Positions 42,054 through 51,748 of a DNA stretch of 64,000 nt are shown one piece after another. The notes beneath the pieces were generated by a model, which worked only from the letters and a program-made list of their open reading frames with translations, ran no database searches and had not been told where the DNA came from. The DNA comes from Alphaproteobacteria bacterium (lineage in GTDB: Bacteria > Pseudomonadota > Alphaproteobacteria > SMXQ01): positions 14,099 to 78,098 of the forward strand of contig WHSO01000007.1 of assembly GCA_009380075.1 (NCBI GenBank), written 5' to 3'. A program made the position numbers and the translations under genes. Position 1 is the first letter of the stretch. Each line of letters starts with the position of its first letter.

Positions 42054-43724
42054 TCATTGGCGTACGCCCCAGTTCTCGACCCAATAGGTTGTCGGGTCCT
42101 GGTGCCCGGTAGGGGCTATGCCCGTGAGCCACTTCGGCACGATGAAGGGATCGGCGCGAAAGAACAGCGGAATCACCGGCAGGTCCTCGGCGTAGATCTT
42201 CTGCAGGCGCGCCCAGAGAACGCGGCGCTTCTCCCTGTCGAGCTCCGTTTCGATGGCGTCGAGCAGCCTGTCCACCTCCGAATTCGCATACGACGTGTAA
42301 TTCTGCCCGGACCAGTTGTTCCTGGCCGAGGTGATGTGCTCACTGTGCAGCATCAGGCGCGGCACGCTTTCGGGCGCCGACAGCCAGGCGAAGAGCGCCA
42401 TGCCGGTAAATTTGCGCTTGGTGACGGTCTCGCCGAAAAAAACGCGAGCCGGCTCATTGCGGATGCGAATGTCGATGCCGGCTTCCCGCCACTGGCTCTG
42501 CAGGACCTGCTGTACCAGTTCGCGGGTGCGGTTGCCGGCCGTCGTCATCAGCTCGAGGGAGAGCCGCTCGCCCCTTTCGTTCCTACGGATGCCGTCCACC
42601 CCCTTTTTTGCCCATCCTGCTTCGTCCAGGAGCGCGCCGGCGCGGGCAAGGTCGCGGGAATATTTCGGCGTGTCTTTGGAATGGATCCAGTCGAGCGGAT
42701 TGACAAAACTGTCGGCCACCGGCTGGCGCCCCTCGAACAGCTTGTCGGTGATCGCTTGCCGGTCGAGGGCGAGGATCAGCGCCCGGCGCACGCGCACGTC
42801 CTTGAGGATCGGGTTTTCGAGGTTGAGGTCGAGATGCTCGTACACCAGCCCCGGTTTGAAAGTGACGTCGAACTTCTCGCCATGACGCTTGGCGAAGGCG
42901 ATGCCCTGGTCGAGAGAGAGGCCGAGTTCGCCGGCGATGTAGTCGATGGAGCCGGACAGGAGGTTCGCCTCCATCGCTGCGGTGTTCTCGATGATCTGCA
43001 CCACGACCTTGCCGAAGGCGGGCTTCTTGCCCCACCACGACGGATTCGGTTCGAGCACGATGCGCGTGCCGACCTGTTTCTCGGTCACGCGGTACGGACC
43101 GAAGTAGAGGCCGGGGTTGGTGCTGTCGGTATCGAAGGCGGTGCGCGTCCGGTATTCCTTGGGATCGGCGAAGTTCTTGCGCTCGATATGCGCGGGTAGC
43201 AGGTTGAGGGAATCGAGCGCATTGTAGTCGTACGTCAGCCGGTCCATGTGCAGCGTGAACGCCTTGTCATCCTTCACGTCGAGCTTGAGGATGCGCCGGT
43301 AGAGCTCGCCGTCGGCGACGCCCGAGGCGGGATGCTTTCCGACCTCGATGGTGAAGGCGACGTCCCGCGTGGTGATGGGGGTCCCGTCGCCCCATTTGGC
43401 GTTCCTGTTGATGGTGTAGGTAACGGCAACCCCGGTCTTGCCATCGGGCAGCTTTTCCGGCTTCGCAAGCCCGTTTTCGAGGGTGGGAAGCGTCTCGCAC
43501 AGCGCGCAGACCCGGTTCCAGGACGTATCGACATGGGTCAGCGGCCGGTTGGCCATGGCCAGCACGTAGGTCTTGGCCAGCATCGATTCGATATTGGGGT
43601 TGAGCGTCGCGGGATACTGGGTCATGCCGATGACCAGGGTATCGTGGGATTTCTTGGGCTGTTCGCCGCAGGAGAGGAGGACGAGCGTGAGAATGCAGGC
43701 GGCGAAAGCGCGGGCGAAGGTCAT
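42054..43724 (-). CDS. ABC transporter substrate-binding lipoprotein, family 5 (peptide/nickel type)
   Basis: Lipobox LLSCG. 556 aa SBP family 5 fold. First gene of the operon. Confidence 0.85.
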   Translation of the reverse strand: MTFARAFAACILTLVLLSCGEQPKKSHDTLVIGMTQYPATLNPNIESMLAKTYVLAMANRPLTHVDTSWNRVCALCETLPTLENGLAKPEKLPDGKTGVAVTYTINRNAKWGDGTPITTRDVAFTIEVGKHPASGVADGELYRRILKLDVKDDKAFTLHMDRLTYDYNALDSLNLLPAHIERKNFADPKEYRTRTAFDTDSTNPGLYFGPYRVTEKQVGTRIVLEPNPSWWGKKPAFGKVVVQIIENTAAMEANLLSGSIDYIAGELGLSLDQGIAFAKRHGEKFDVTFKPGLVYEHLDLNLENPILKDVRVRRALILALDRQAITDKLFEGRQPVADSFVNPLDWIHSKDTPKYSRDLARAGALLDEAGWAKKGVDGIRRNERGERLSLELMTTAGNRTRELVQQVLQSQWREAGIDIRIRNEPARVFFGETVTKRKFTGMALFAWLSAPESVPRLMLHSEHITSARNNWSGQNYTSYANSEVDRLLDAIETELDREKRRVLWARLQKIYAEDLPVIPLFFRADPFIVPKWLTGIAPTGHQDPTTYWVENWGVRQ

Positions 43725-43817
43725 GGCGGCGAATCCCCCTAGAGACGTCGCGTCACAGTAGCGGCGATCCCGCGATCACGCCAGCGCGGCCGTTCCGCGG
43801 CGGCCCGGGACGAACCG

Positions 43818-44513
43818 TTAGGCGCCCTTGCCGCCGTGGGCGGCGGACCAGCCGTGGGGATCGTCGAGGTAGGCGCGTACGGCGGCGATCTTGCCGGTAT
43901 CGAAGGTCTTCGCTTCGGCTGCGGCCTCGATGACGTCGACCCAGGTAGCGAGCCACACCAGCTTGACATCCAGATCTTCCAGGGTATCGAGCGCTTCAGG
44001 GAAGATGCCGTAATAGAAGACGACGAAGACCCGGTCCACCGTCCCGCCCGCCTTGCGGATGGCATTGACGAAATTGATCTTGGAGCCGCCGTCGGTGGCC
44101 AGGTCCTCGACCAGAAGCGTGTGGCAGTTGTCTGCCATGTGACCTTCGATCTGGGCCATGCGGCCGAAGCCTTTCGGCTCCTTGCGTACGTAGAGCATGG
44201 GCAGGTTCATGCGATCGGCGATCCAGGCGGAATAGGGAATGCCCGCGGTCTCGCCGCCGGCGACGGCGGCGATCGGGCGGGACGAGCCCGCCGCCGTGAC
44301 GGCGGCGACGGCGTGGCCGACGATGCGGCCACGTTCCGCCGGGAAGGAGATCACCCGGCGGCAGTCGATGTAGACCGGGCTCGCCCGTCCCGAGGTCAGG
44401 ATATAGGGCTGTTCGGGACGGAAATTGACAGCGCCAATATCGAGGAGGATTCGGGCGGTGTCCCGGGCGGCGGCGTCTTCACCGGGGGTGCGGCCGGAAA
44501 GCGTCATGGTCAT
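43818..44513 (-). CDS. pyrE: orotate phosphoribosyltransferase
   Basis: PRPP-binding motif (TLLVEDLATDGGS). Long-form PyrE, 231 aa. Confidence 0.85.
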   Translation of the reverse strand: MTMTLSGRTPGEDAAARDTARILLDIGAVNFRPEQPYILTSGRASPVYIDCRRVISFPAERGRIVGHAVAAVTAAGSSRPIAAVAGGETAGIPYSAWIADRMNLPMLYVRKEPKGFGRMAQIEGHMADNCHTLLVEDLATDGGSKINFVNAIRKAGGTVDRVFVVFYYGIFPEALDTLEDLDVKLVWLATWVDVIEAAAEAKTFDTGKIAAVRAYLDDPHGWSAAHGGKGA

Positions 44514-45070
44514 GGGAAGTGTTTAGAGCCTAATGCGGCGGGTGACAATCGGCATCGATGCGGCATGGGTTACTGGCCCGGTGCGTTTCACGATGGGCCG
44601 TTGGCCTTCGTGCGCCCTCCGCCGGCGCCGGTTTTTCTGGAGGCCGAACTGTAACGGCATAGAATTATCTATAATTTTATATAAAATTCACCCGGTATTT
44701 TTCGAGAAAACAAGAGAAAATTTTCTGAAAATTCAAGCACATCGGTTCCTTGACCGATTCGCCTCACACGGCCTTGCGCGCGCGAGTGACGCGGCGGCAC
44801 ACCGACGCGCTTAACCGATTTATAAGACTTCCCGACTAAACCTTTGCAGCGGAATCAGCGGTTCTGCCGGCGCAATCGGCAGGGGGTTGATTTGTTTGAT
44901 CCGGGCGGACACGCGGCTGACGGTTGCCCATCGGGGAGCCGGAGCGTCCGAACGGAGAGTTGGGGAGAGGACGACCATCAATTCGAACTGCGCAGGTCGG
45001 TCCACGTGGCTGGCAACGGGTACGTGCGCGGTCGGGTTTGGGCGGGGATTTCTTCAGATGGAGCCTCGGC

Positions 45071-46747
45071 ATGACGTGGATGAATTCTCCAAGTAACTTC
45101 CGGCGGGACGACCGCCGAGATTCTGCAGGGTCACCGGCGCAGGTGCCGTCGCGCCCCTTCGCCGCGATCCGGCGCTTTGCCGAACGGTTCGCGCGGGATG
45201 ACCGGGGCGCGGTCATGCTCGTCATCGGGCTGGTGGTTATCGTGCTCGCGATTTTCCTCGGTGTCGCCGTCGATTCGGCCCGTGGCTACGTGCTGAAATC
45301 CCGCCTGGCCGGTGCCCTCGATGCGGCGGGCCTCGCCGGCGGGCGGGTCATGGATTTGGGCCTCACGCAGCGGGATGCCGACATCAACATGTTCTTCCGC
45401 GCCAACCTGCCGCCGGGATTCATGGATGCCACAGTGGCACCCCTGACGATTTCCACCGACCCCGACAACAAGGAGCTGACGGTTTCGGCCGAGGCGACGG
45501 TCAACACCATGCTCATGCGCCTGGTCGGCATCGATACCATGACGGTGGGGACGCGGGCGGTCATCCGGCGCGAGACCCGGGGTCTCGAAGTCGTCATGGT
45601 CCTGGACAACACCGGCTCCATGTGCATTCCAAATTGCGACAAGATGGACGCCCTGCGCGACGGTGCGACGGCGCTGGTGGACATCCTCTACGGCAGCTCG
45701 GAGACGATCCCCAACCTGTGGGTGGGCCTGGTGCCGTTCGTGCACAGCGTAAATGTCGGCAATCAGCACGCGGACTGGCTCTTGCAGGCGCCCCTCGACG
45801 GGTCGGGTAATCCGCCGGCCCATCCCCATGTCAACACTACCGTCTGCGACGCCGACGTCTACAACATCAATGCCTGTTCGCAGGCACCCCTGGACTCCTA
45901 CCATGTGAGCTATTATGCGGGCGCGCCCAATTACGCGCCGGCCAACATTCCGTGGAAGGGCTGCGTCGAGGCGCGCATCCGCCCCGACGACGGGTCCGAC
46001 ATCAGCGACGACCCGCCCAGCGTCCGGGCGTTCCGCCCCTATTTCTTCCCCGAGACCCGGGTGCGGACGAGCAGCGGCAACAGCACGCGAATCGACAACC
46101 CGTGGACGGCGAGCAGCACCAACGAGGTCAACAACTACAACAGCGCCAACGGACCGAACATCGGCTGTGCGACACCCATCGTCCCGCTGACCCAGTCCAA
46201 GACGACCATCCAGAACGCCATCGATGCCATGGATTCGTGGCGCTTCGGCGGTACCGCCATCAAGCTGGGCATGGCCTGGGGCTGGCGCGCGATCTCCCCG
46301 CGGTGGAGGGGGCTGTGGGGCGATCCGAACCTGCCGCTCGATTACAACACGCCGTTGATGGACAAGGCGATCATCCTCCTCACCGACGGCGTGCAGGTGT
46401 TCTACGACCGCAAGAACTTTCCCGGTTCGGATCCCGGGGATTACACCTCCCACGGCCGCCGGTCGTGGGGGCGCCTGCATAATTCGGGCGGGACCCCGCT
46501 GACGACGAACAGCGGTGCCGAGAGCGAATTGAACGCGCGCCTCGGGACCCTGTGCACCAGCATCAAGGCCACCGGCGTCACGATCTACACGATCATGCTG
46601 CAGGAAAACGACTCGACGCTGGAAAACCTGTTCCGAAACTGCGCGACGAAGCCTGAATATTATTTTGCGTCGCCGACGGCATCCGAACTGGTCGGGATTT
46701 TCCAGACCATCGCCAATGACCTGGCGACCCTCCGGGTCGCACAGTAG
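45071..46747 (+). CDS. tadG: Tad pilus assembly protein TadG-like (TadE-like N-terminus + vWA domain)
   Basis: GGAG RBS. N-terminal pseudopilin-like hydrophobic segment (AVMLVIGLVVIVLAIFLGVAVD). vWA/MIDAS motif (VVMVLDNTGSM). Confidence 0.7.
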   Translation: MTWMNSPSNFRRDDRRDSAGSPAQVPSRPFAAIRRFAERFARDDRGAVMLVIGLVVIVLAIFLGVAVDSARGYVLKSRLAGALDAAGLAGGRVMDLGLTQRDADINMFFRANLPPGFMDATVAPLTISTDPDNKELTVSAEATVNTMLMRLVGIDTMTVGTRAVIRRETRGLEVVMVLDNTGSMCIPNCDKMDALRDGATALVDILYGSSETIPNLWVGLVPFVHSVNVGNQHADWLLQAPLDGSGNPPAHPHVNTTVCDADVYNINACSQAPLDSYHVSYYAGAPNYAPANIPWKGCVEARIRPDDGSDISDDPPSVRAFRPYFFPETRVRTSSGNSTRIDNPWTASSTNEVNNYNSANGPNIGCATPIVPLTQSKTTIQNAIDAMDSWRFGGTAIKLGMAWGWRAISPRWRGLWGDPNLPLDYNTPLMDKAIILLTDGVQVFYDRKNFPGSDPGDYTSHGRRSWGRLHNSGGTPLTTNSGAESELNARLGTLCTSIKATGVTIYTIMLQENDSTLENLFRNCATKPEYYFASPTASELVGIFQTIANDLATLRVAQ

Positions 46748-46767
46748 GACAGGCGCGCGAAGGGCAC

Positions 46768-47397
46768 ATGTTCGTGAATCGAGACTCCATCATGCTCCGG
46801 CTCAGGAATCGTCTCCCGAAATGGTGGGCCTGCACCAAGGGTGCAACCGTGGTGGAATTCGCCATCGTGTCCAGCCTGCTCTTCCTGCTGATGTTCAGCG
46901 TCGTCGAACTGTCCATGCATTCCCTCGCGAAGGTTCTGCTCGAAGGATCGATGCGGGAAGCCTCGCGCTACGGTAGTACGGGTTACGCTCCGAAGGGCTC
47001 CAGCCGCGAGGACAACATCCGCGCCATCATCGACGATCGGACCCTGGGGCTGGTCAACATCAGCGATCCGTCGTTCAAGCTCGACGTGCTCGTCTATCCC
47101 AGCTTCGAGGAAATCGGCGCGCCGGAACCGTTCAACGACGAGCCGCCGCTGGGCAATCTCAACGGCATCTACGACGTGGGCGAGGAATACACGGACGTCA
47201 ACGGTAACGGCCAATGGGACGACGACATGGGGCTCAGCAGCGCCGGCGGGCCGGGGGACATCGTCCTCTATACGGTGCGCTACGACTGGCCGTTGTTGTC
47301 GTATCTCGCGACGCTCTTCGGCGGTCCGGAGGGAAAACTGCCCCTGAAGGCAAGCATGGTCGTGCGGAATGAACCGTGGGGCACCGGTGGTACCTGA
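46768..47397 (+). CDS. tadE: TadE/TadF-like pseudopilin
   Basis: TadE-like N-terminal motif (GATVVEFAIVSSLLFLLMFSVVE). Confidence 0.7.
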   Translation: MFVNRDSIMLRLRNRLPKWWACTKGATVVEFAIVSSLLFLLMFSVVELSMHSLAKVLLEGSMREASRYGSTGYAPKGSSREDNIRAIIDDRTLGLVNISDPSFKLDVLVYPSFEEIGAPEPFNDEPPLGNLNGIYDVGEEYTDVNGNGQWDDDMGLSSAGGPGDIVLYTVRYDWPLLSYLATLFGGPEGKLPLKASMVVRNEPWGTGGT

Positions 47398-47400
47398 GGA

Positions 47401-47964
47401 TTGGCGATGATGCTGCGTCTCATCAAGCGGCTCAAGAGTGACCGACGGGGTGTCGCCGCGCTTGAATTTGCCCTTGCACTGCCGCTTCTCACGCTCCTTG
47501 TCTTCGGTGCGGTCGAGATGTCGCGTTATGTCCTGGCGGCGCAGGCGGTCAACAACGTGGCGCGAAGCATGGCCGACCTGGCGTCCCAGGGCAAGACCAT
47601 GACCAACGCCCAGCTCAACAGCCTGTTCGCCGCGGTCAAGTATGTGGCGCAGCCCTTCGACATGGAGGCGAACGGCAAGGTGTTCGTGTCGTCGCTCAGC
47701 AAGTCCGGGTCCAACCCGACGGTCATGAACTGGCAGCAATCGCACGGCAACCTGACCGGCGTGTCGAGCGTCATCGGCACACCCGGCAGTTCGCCCGCGC
47801 TGCCCACGGGGTTCACCGTGACCAACGGCTACACCGTCGTCGCGGTCGAGGCCTATTACGATTTCAGTCCCATCCTGATCGATTTCATCATCCCGTCCCA
47901 GCGGCTTTACCGGGCGGCGTTCTTCCGCGCCCGTCTCGGCGCGCTGACGTCGCTGAGCAGTTGA
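47401..47964 (+). CDS. tadF: TadE/TadF-like pseudopilin
   Basis: RRGVAALEFALALPLLTLLVFGAVE motif. GAGGA RBS. Confidence 0.7.
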   Translation: MAMMLRLIKRLKSDRRGVAALEFALALPLLTLLVFGAVEMSRYVLAAQAVNNVARSMADLASQGKTMTNAQLNSLFAAVKYVAQPFDMEANGKVFVSSLSKSGSNPTVMNWQQSHGNLTGVSSVIGTPGSSPALPTGFTVTNGYTVVAVEAYYDFSPILIDFIIPSQRLYRAAFFRARLGALTSLSS

Positions 47965-48035
47965 TCCTGGGGATCCCGGTCACCAGAAAATTTGAGAAAA
48001 CATCACCGATCTTCAGAGCCCAACTACGAAGAAAT

Positions 48036-48051
48036 TTAAGGGAAAATTAAG
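48036..48051. promoter_or_regulatory. near-consensus CtrA-type box TTAA-N7-TTAAG upstream of flp
   Basis: TTAAgggaaaaTTAAG read directly in an AT-rich leader. The last base deviates from consensus. Confidence 0.25.
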
Positions 48052-48336
48052 ACAATTTGTGGAGTATCCATTTCGAAATTGGCAATTTTATAAGGAATAT
48101 CAGCACTTACAGGATGTGTGACTCATATCCTTGTGAGGGAGCTTAACGAATAAATAAGAGTTCCACTGTAAATCCTAGCCGCATGGTTGCCAATTCTTCC
48201 ATCAGGTTTGGCTGTCCATCGAATTCGGCGGGTGAGTTGCGTAAGAGCCCCCCGAAGGGGTGACAGTTGGTAGGACTGACAACCAAGTGCTGTATCGAAG
48301 CCGGGTATCCCGGTGGCAAACGAGGAGAGGACGACG

Positions 48337-48579
48337 ATGAATTCGGTTATGGAAACGATTAACTTGGCCTACGCGAAGGTCGCGTTCGCCAAGATGGACA
48401 TGAAGAAGAAGCTGCAGACCGCCTGGCGTGACGACCGTGGCGTGACCGCGATTGAATACGGCCTGATCGCCGCCCTCATCGCGGTCGTGATCATCGGCGC
48501 CGTTACCCTGGTCGGTGGTGAACTGAAGGACACCTTCACCACAATTTCGACCGAGCTTGAGAAGGCCAACGCTACCTAA
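48337..48579 (+). CDS. flp: Flp family type IVb pilin
   Basis: GAGGAG RBS 9 nt upstream of the ATG at 48337. Mature region G/VTAIEYGLIAALIAVVIIGAVTLVG is the Flp signature. An alternative start (MKKKLQ) at 48400 would give a typical short leader. Confidence 0.8.
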   Translation: MNSVMETINLAYAKVAFAKMDMKKKLQTAWRDDRGVTAIEYGLIAALIAVVIIGAVTLVGGELKDTFTTISTELEKANAT

Positions 48580-48670
48580 GTTGGTGTTTGCAGTTCTCCA
48601 GGAGCCCGGCCCGGTCCTCAATATCCGGGGCTTGGCCGGGTTCCATGGTGACCGAGCGTAACCGGCCCGG

Positions 48671-48693
48671 CCCCGCAGTTTAAGGACGCGGGG
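48671..48693 (+). terminator. GC-rich stem-loop downstream of flp without a U-tract (possible attenuator)
   Basis: ccccgc-N11-gcgggg perfect 6-bp stem. A second GC-rich dyad lies at about 48604..48640. Confidence 0.25.
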
Positions 48694-48801
48694 TCTACAT
48701 AGCGTCGGAAGGAATTGGTTAATTTCTTATTGGCAATGCAACGGGATGCTTATTCGGGTCGGTTGAATTTTTCACGGCCCTGGAAATTGGGGAGTTAGAC
48801 G

Positions 48802-49842
48802 ATGCGAACCAGTGCCGTGGTCATGCTAGTGGTCGCCGTGGTGTTAGGCGGTATATCGGCTTTTGCTGCCAGGCACTGGATCGAGCAAAAAGTGAACGCC
48901 CGGCCGAGTGCGCCGGTCACGGCAACAGTTCCGGTGGTGGTCGCGAGCACGGCGCTGAACTTCGGCGATCAGATCAGCAGCAAGCATCTCTCGGTCGTCC
49001 AGTGGCCCGCCTCCGGCGTGCCCAAGAATGTATTCTCCAAGACCGACGAGTTGCTGAAGGGTGACCGCCCGCGCATCGCGCTTCAGCGGATCGAACCGAA
49101 CGAAGCCATCCTCAAGGGCAAGGTTTCCGGCTTCGGAGGGCGCCCGACCCTTTCCGCCGCTCTGGACGACAACCAACGTGCGGTCACCATCAGGGTCGAC
49201 GATGTGACCGGCGTGGCCGGCTTCCTTCTGCCGGGCGACCGTGTCGACGTCATCATGACCCGCGAACTCGGGGAACGCGGCTCCGGCAGGCCGGTCAACA
49301 ACGTTCTACTGCAGGATATCCGTGTGCTTGGTGTCGGCCAGATCTCGAGCGAGCAGCGGGACAAGCCCGTCGTCGTTCGCGCGGTGACGGTCGAGGCTAC
49401 CTCCAGGCAATCGCAGAAGCTCGTCCTGGCGCAGCAGGTCGGTCGGCTTTCCCTGGTGCTGCGTGCGGCGGCCGATCGCAGCATTTCCTCGACGCAGAGC
49501 GTCGGCGTGGGCGACCTTACCGAAGGTGAGTCGGCCGCCCGCCAGGTTGTGTCGGCGGCACCGGCGAAGACGACCGTCAAGCGCCGGGTCGTGCGCGCTT
49601 CACGCCCGGCTTCGGACGGCCTTGCCTCCATCCGGATCATCCGCGGGCTTGCGGTTTCGCCCGGCAAGGTTCCGAAAGAGAAGTCGTCCGAATCGTCCGA
49701 CTCGAAAGCGGATGCTCCTGTCAAGAAGACGACGGGTTCGGGTTCCGGTAGCGAGAATACGTCGAGCGTCGAGCCGATAGACCTGACGCCAATGACTCCC
49801 GGCTCTCCGGAGAATGCCGCGGAATCGAGACCGGTTCCGTAA
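48802..49842 (+). CDS. cpaB: Flp pilus assembly protein CpaB (RcpC)
   Basis: N-terminal TM segment. SAF/CpaB core (LLPGDRVDVIMTRE ... VTVEATSRQSQKLVLAQQVGRLSLVLR). Long Ser/Lys/Pro-rich C-terminal tail. Confidence 0.85.
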   Translation: MRTSAVVMLVVAVVLGGISAFAARHWIEQKVNARPSAPVTATVPVVVASTALNFGDQISSKHLSVVQWPASGVPKNVFSKTDELLKGDRPRIALQRIEPNEAILKGKVSGFGGRPTLSAALDDNQRAVTIRVDDVTGVAGFLLPGDRVDVIMTRELGERGSGRPVNNVLLQDIRVLGVGQISSEQRDKPVVVRAVTVEATSRQSQKLVLAQQVGRLSLVLRAAADRSISSTQSVGVGDLTEGESAARQVVSAAPAKTTVKRRVVRASRPASDGLASIRIIRGLAVSPGKVPKEKSSESSDSKADAPVKKTTGSGSGSENTSSVEPIDLTPMTPGSPENAAESRPVP

Positions 49843-49962
49843 ACTGAATGCGAGTGCCTTTGAGAACTGAAGAATTACTCTAGTAGACCGATCAAGCCAG
49901 GTTTGGCTGCCCTGCCGGCGAATGCAAGCTGCGGCAGTCACACCGGAAGCGATGTGGGGGAC

Positions 49963-51408
49963 ATGGTGCTAAACGATTTTTCGCGAGCCATTCGCAATTT
50001 CTTCGCCGTCCGCTCCGGTACAAAAGCGGTTGTGGTTCTCGCCCTCCTGTCTTGCCTGGCCTACGCGCCGGAAGGATGGGCGCAGGCCAAGAGCAATGGC
50101 GTGCAGGTCCAGCAGAACAACGGCGTTCATGCCGGCGAATTCACCGTCGCGGTGAACAAATCGCAGATCCTGCGGCTTGATACGCCGTTCAAGGACGTGT
50201 CCATCGGTAATGCCAAGATCGCAGACGTCCTCGTGATGTCGGATCGAACCATCTATATCCTCGGCAAGGCGATTGGCTCGACCAGCCTCACCATCTTCGG
50301 TACTGATCGCAGGTTGATCGCGGTGGCCGACGTGACCGTGACGCACGACCTCCAGAACATCAAGGGGCGGCTGTTCGAACTTCTTCCCAAGGAAAGGATC
50401 GAGGTGCGCCCGGCCGGCGACACGGTGATCCTGGCGGGCATGGTCTCGACCGGCGATGTCGCCTCCCGGGCTGTCGCCATCGCCAATACCTATGCGCCCG
50501 GCAAGGTCAGGAACATGTTGCGCGTCCTGGGCCGCCAGCAGGTCATGCTTGCCGTCCGGTTCGCCGAGGTGGAACGGACCGCGGTGAAGGAGCTCGGCCT
50601 GAACGTCGCCGCCATCTTCAACAACGGCAACGTCTCCGCCGGCATCAACAGTTTCATGAACGAGAACGGTGCCGCTTTTCCGGGTTCGTTCCTCGGGACG
50701 ATGACGGGCGGCGTCGAAGCCGTTTGGGGCCAGTTCACGCTGGCGGCCGTCTTCGACGCCTTGGAACGCAAGGGAGTCGTGAAAACACTCGCCGAGCCGA
50801 ACCTTATCGCTCTGTCCGGTGATACGGCCGATTTCCTCGCCGGTGGTGAATTCCCCTACCGCGTCATCAACACCGACGGTGAAGTGGGCGTCGAATTCAA
50901 GAAGTTCGGTGTCAGCCTGGCCTTCACGCCGACGGTGCTGGATAACAGCCGCATCAACCTTGTCGTCGCGCCGGAGAGCAGCAAGATCGATTCGACGGTT
51001 GAAACCGAAGCCGGTGCCGCGCTTTCCGTGCGTCGTGCCTCGACGACGGTCGAACTCGGCGACGGCCAGACTTTCGCGATCGCCGGCCTGCTGCAGAATG
51101 ACTTCGACGACGTGGTGTCGCAGGTGCCGTGGCTCGGTGATGTTCCGGTGCTGGGAACCCTTTTCCGGAGTTCGCGCTATCAGAGACGCGAGACCGAGCT
51201 GGTGATTCTCGTCACGCCCCGTCTGGTCCGGCCGATGGCGGCCGCCGACGCGGTCCTTCCGACGGACAAGTTCATCCCGCCCAGCGAATCGGATCTCTTC
51301 CTAATGGGCAAGACGGAAACCATCGCCGACGGTCGGTCCGCCATGGGGAAGACGGCTCCGGCCGTGAGCGGTGGTCTCGCCGGTGCGCGCGGCCACATTA
51401 TCGAATAG
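49963..51408 (+). CDS. cpaC: type II/III secretion system secretin CpaC (RcpA)
   Basis: Signal peptide. Secretin domain motifs (ADFLAGGEFPY ... PVLGTLFRSSRYQRRETELVILVTPRLV). Confidence 0.85.
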   Translation: MVLNDFSRAIRNFFAVRSGTKAVVVLALLSCLAYAPEGWAQAKSNGVQVQQNNGVHAGEFTVAVNKSQILRLDTPFKDVSIGNAKIADVLVMSDRTIYILGKAIGSTSLTIFGTDRRLIAVADVTVTHDLQNIKGRLFELLPKERIEVRPAGDTVILAGMVSTGDVASRAVAIANTYAPGKVRNMLRVLGRQQVMLAVRFAEVERTAVKELGLNVAAIFNNGNVSAGINSFMNENGAAFPGSFLGTMTGGVEAVWGQFTLAAVFDALERKGVVKTLAEPNLIALSGDTADFLAGGEFPYRVINTDGEVGVEFKKFGVSLAFTPTVLDNSRINLVVAPESSKIDSTVETEAGAALSVRRASTTVELGDGQTFAIAGLLQNDFDDVVSQVPWLGDVPVLGTLFRSSRYQRRETELVILVTPRLVRPMAAADAVLPTDKFIPPSESDLFLMGKTETIADGRSAMGKTAPAVSGGLAGARGHIIE

Positions 51409-51442
51409 ACGACACTTCCCAGCGAAGGCACGGAGAAGCACA

Positions 51443-51748
51443 ATGGATACGCATGAATTTGGACATCGCTCTGTTCTGGGCGTGGGATTGGCGCTTCTGT
51501 GCCTGAGCCTTGCGGCCTGTGCGGACGACCTCTCGAAGCCGCTGTCGCCGACTTACGGCGATGCGGTCCGCCAGAATATGGCCCGGCAGATCGTCAACCC
51601 GGAACCCGCCATGCCGAGCGAGCAGGAGACTGCGGTCGACGGCAACAAGGCCGTCCTGGGTGTGGACGCGTACAAGGCGGGCAAGGTCAAGTCGCCTGTT
51701 GCCGTCAGCACCCAGACGCAGAGCTCGGGCGGGGGCGAGTCGAAATAA
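51443..51748 (+). CDS. small lipoprotein in the cpaD position
   Basis: GGAG RBS. Lipobox LAAC. 101 aa. Too short to call CpaD confidently. Confidence 0.5.
   Translation: MDTHEFGHRSVLGVGLALLCLSLAACADDLSKPLSPTYGDAVRQNMARQIVNPEPAMPSEQETAVDGNKAVLGVDAYKAGKVKSPVAVSTQTQSSGGGESK

Noticed and set aside
38088-43199. Plus-strand ORFs over the ABC transporter operon (38088..39056, 40045..41043, 41516..42112, 42033..43199)
   Set aside because: Antisense to well-conserved ABC components.
45131-46480. 449-aa minus-strand ORF inside tadG
   Set aside because: Antisense to a gene with clear TadE-like and vWA motifs.
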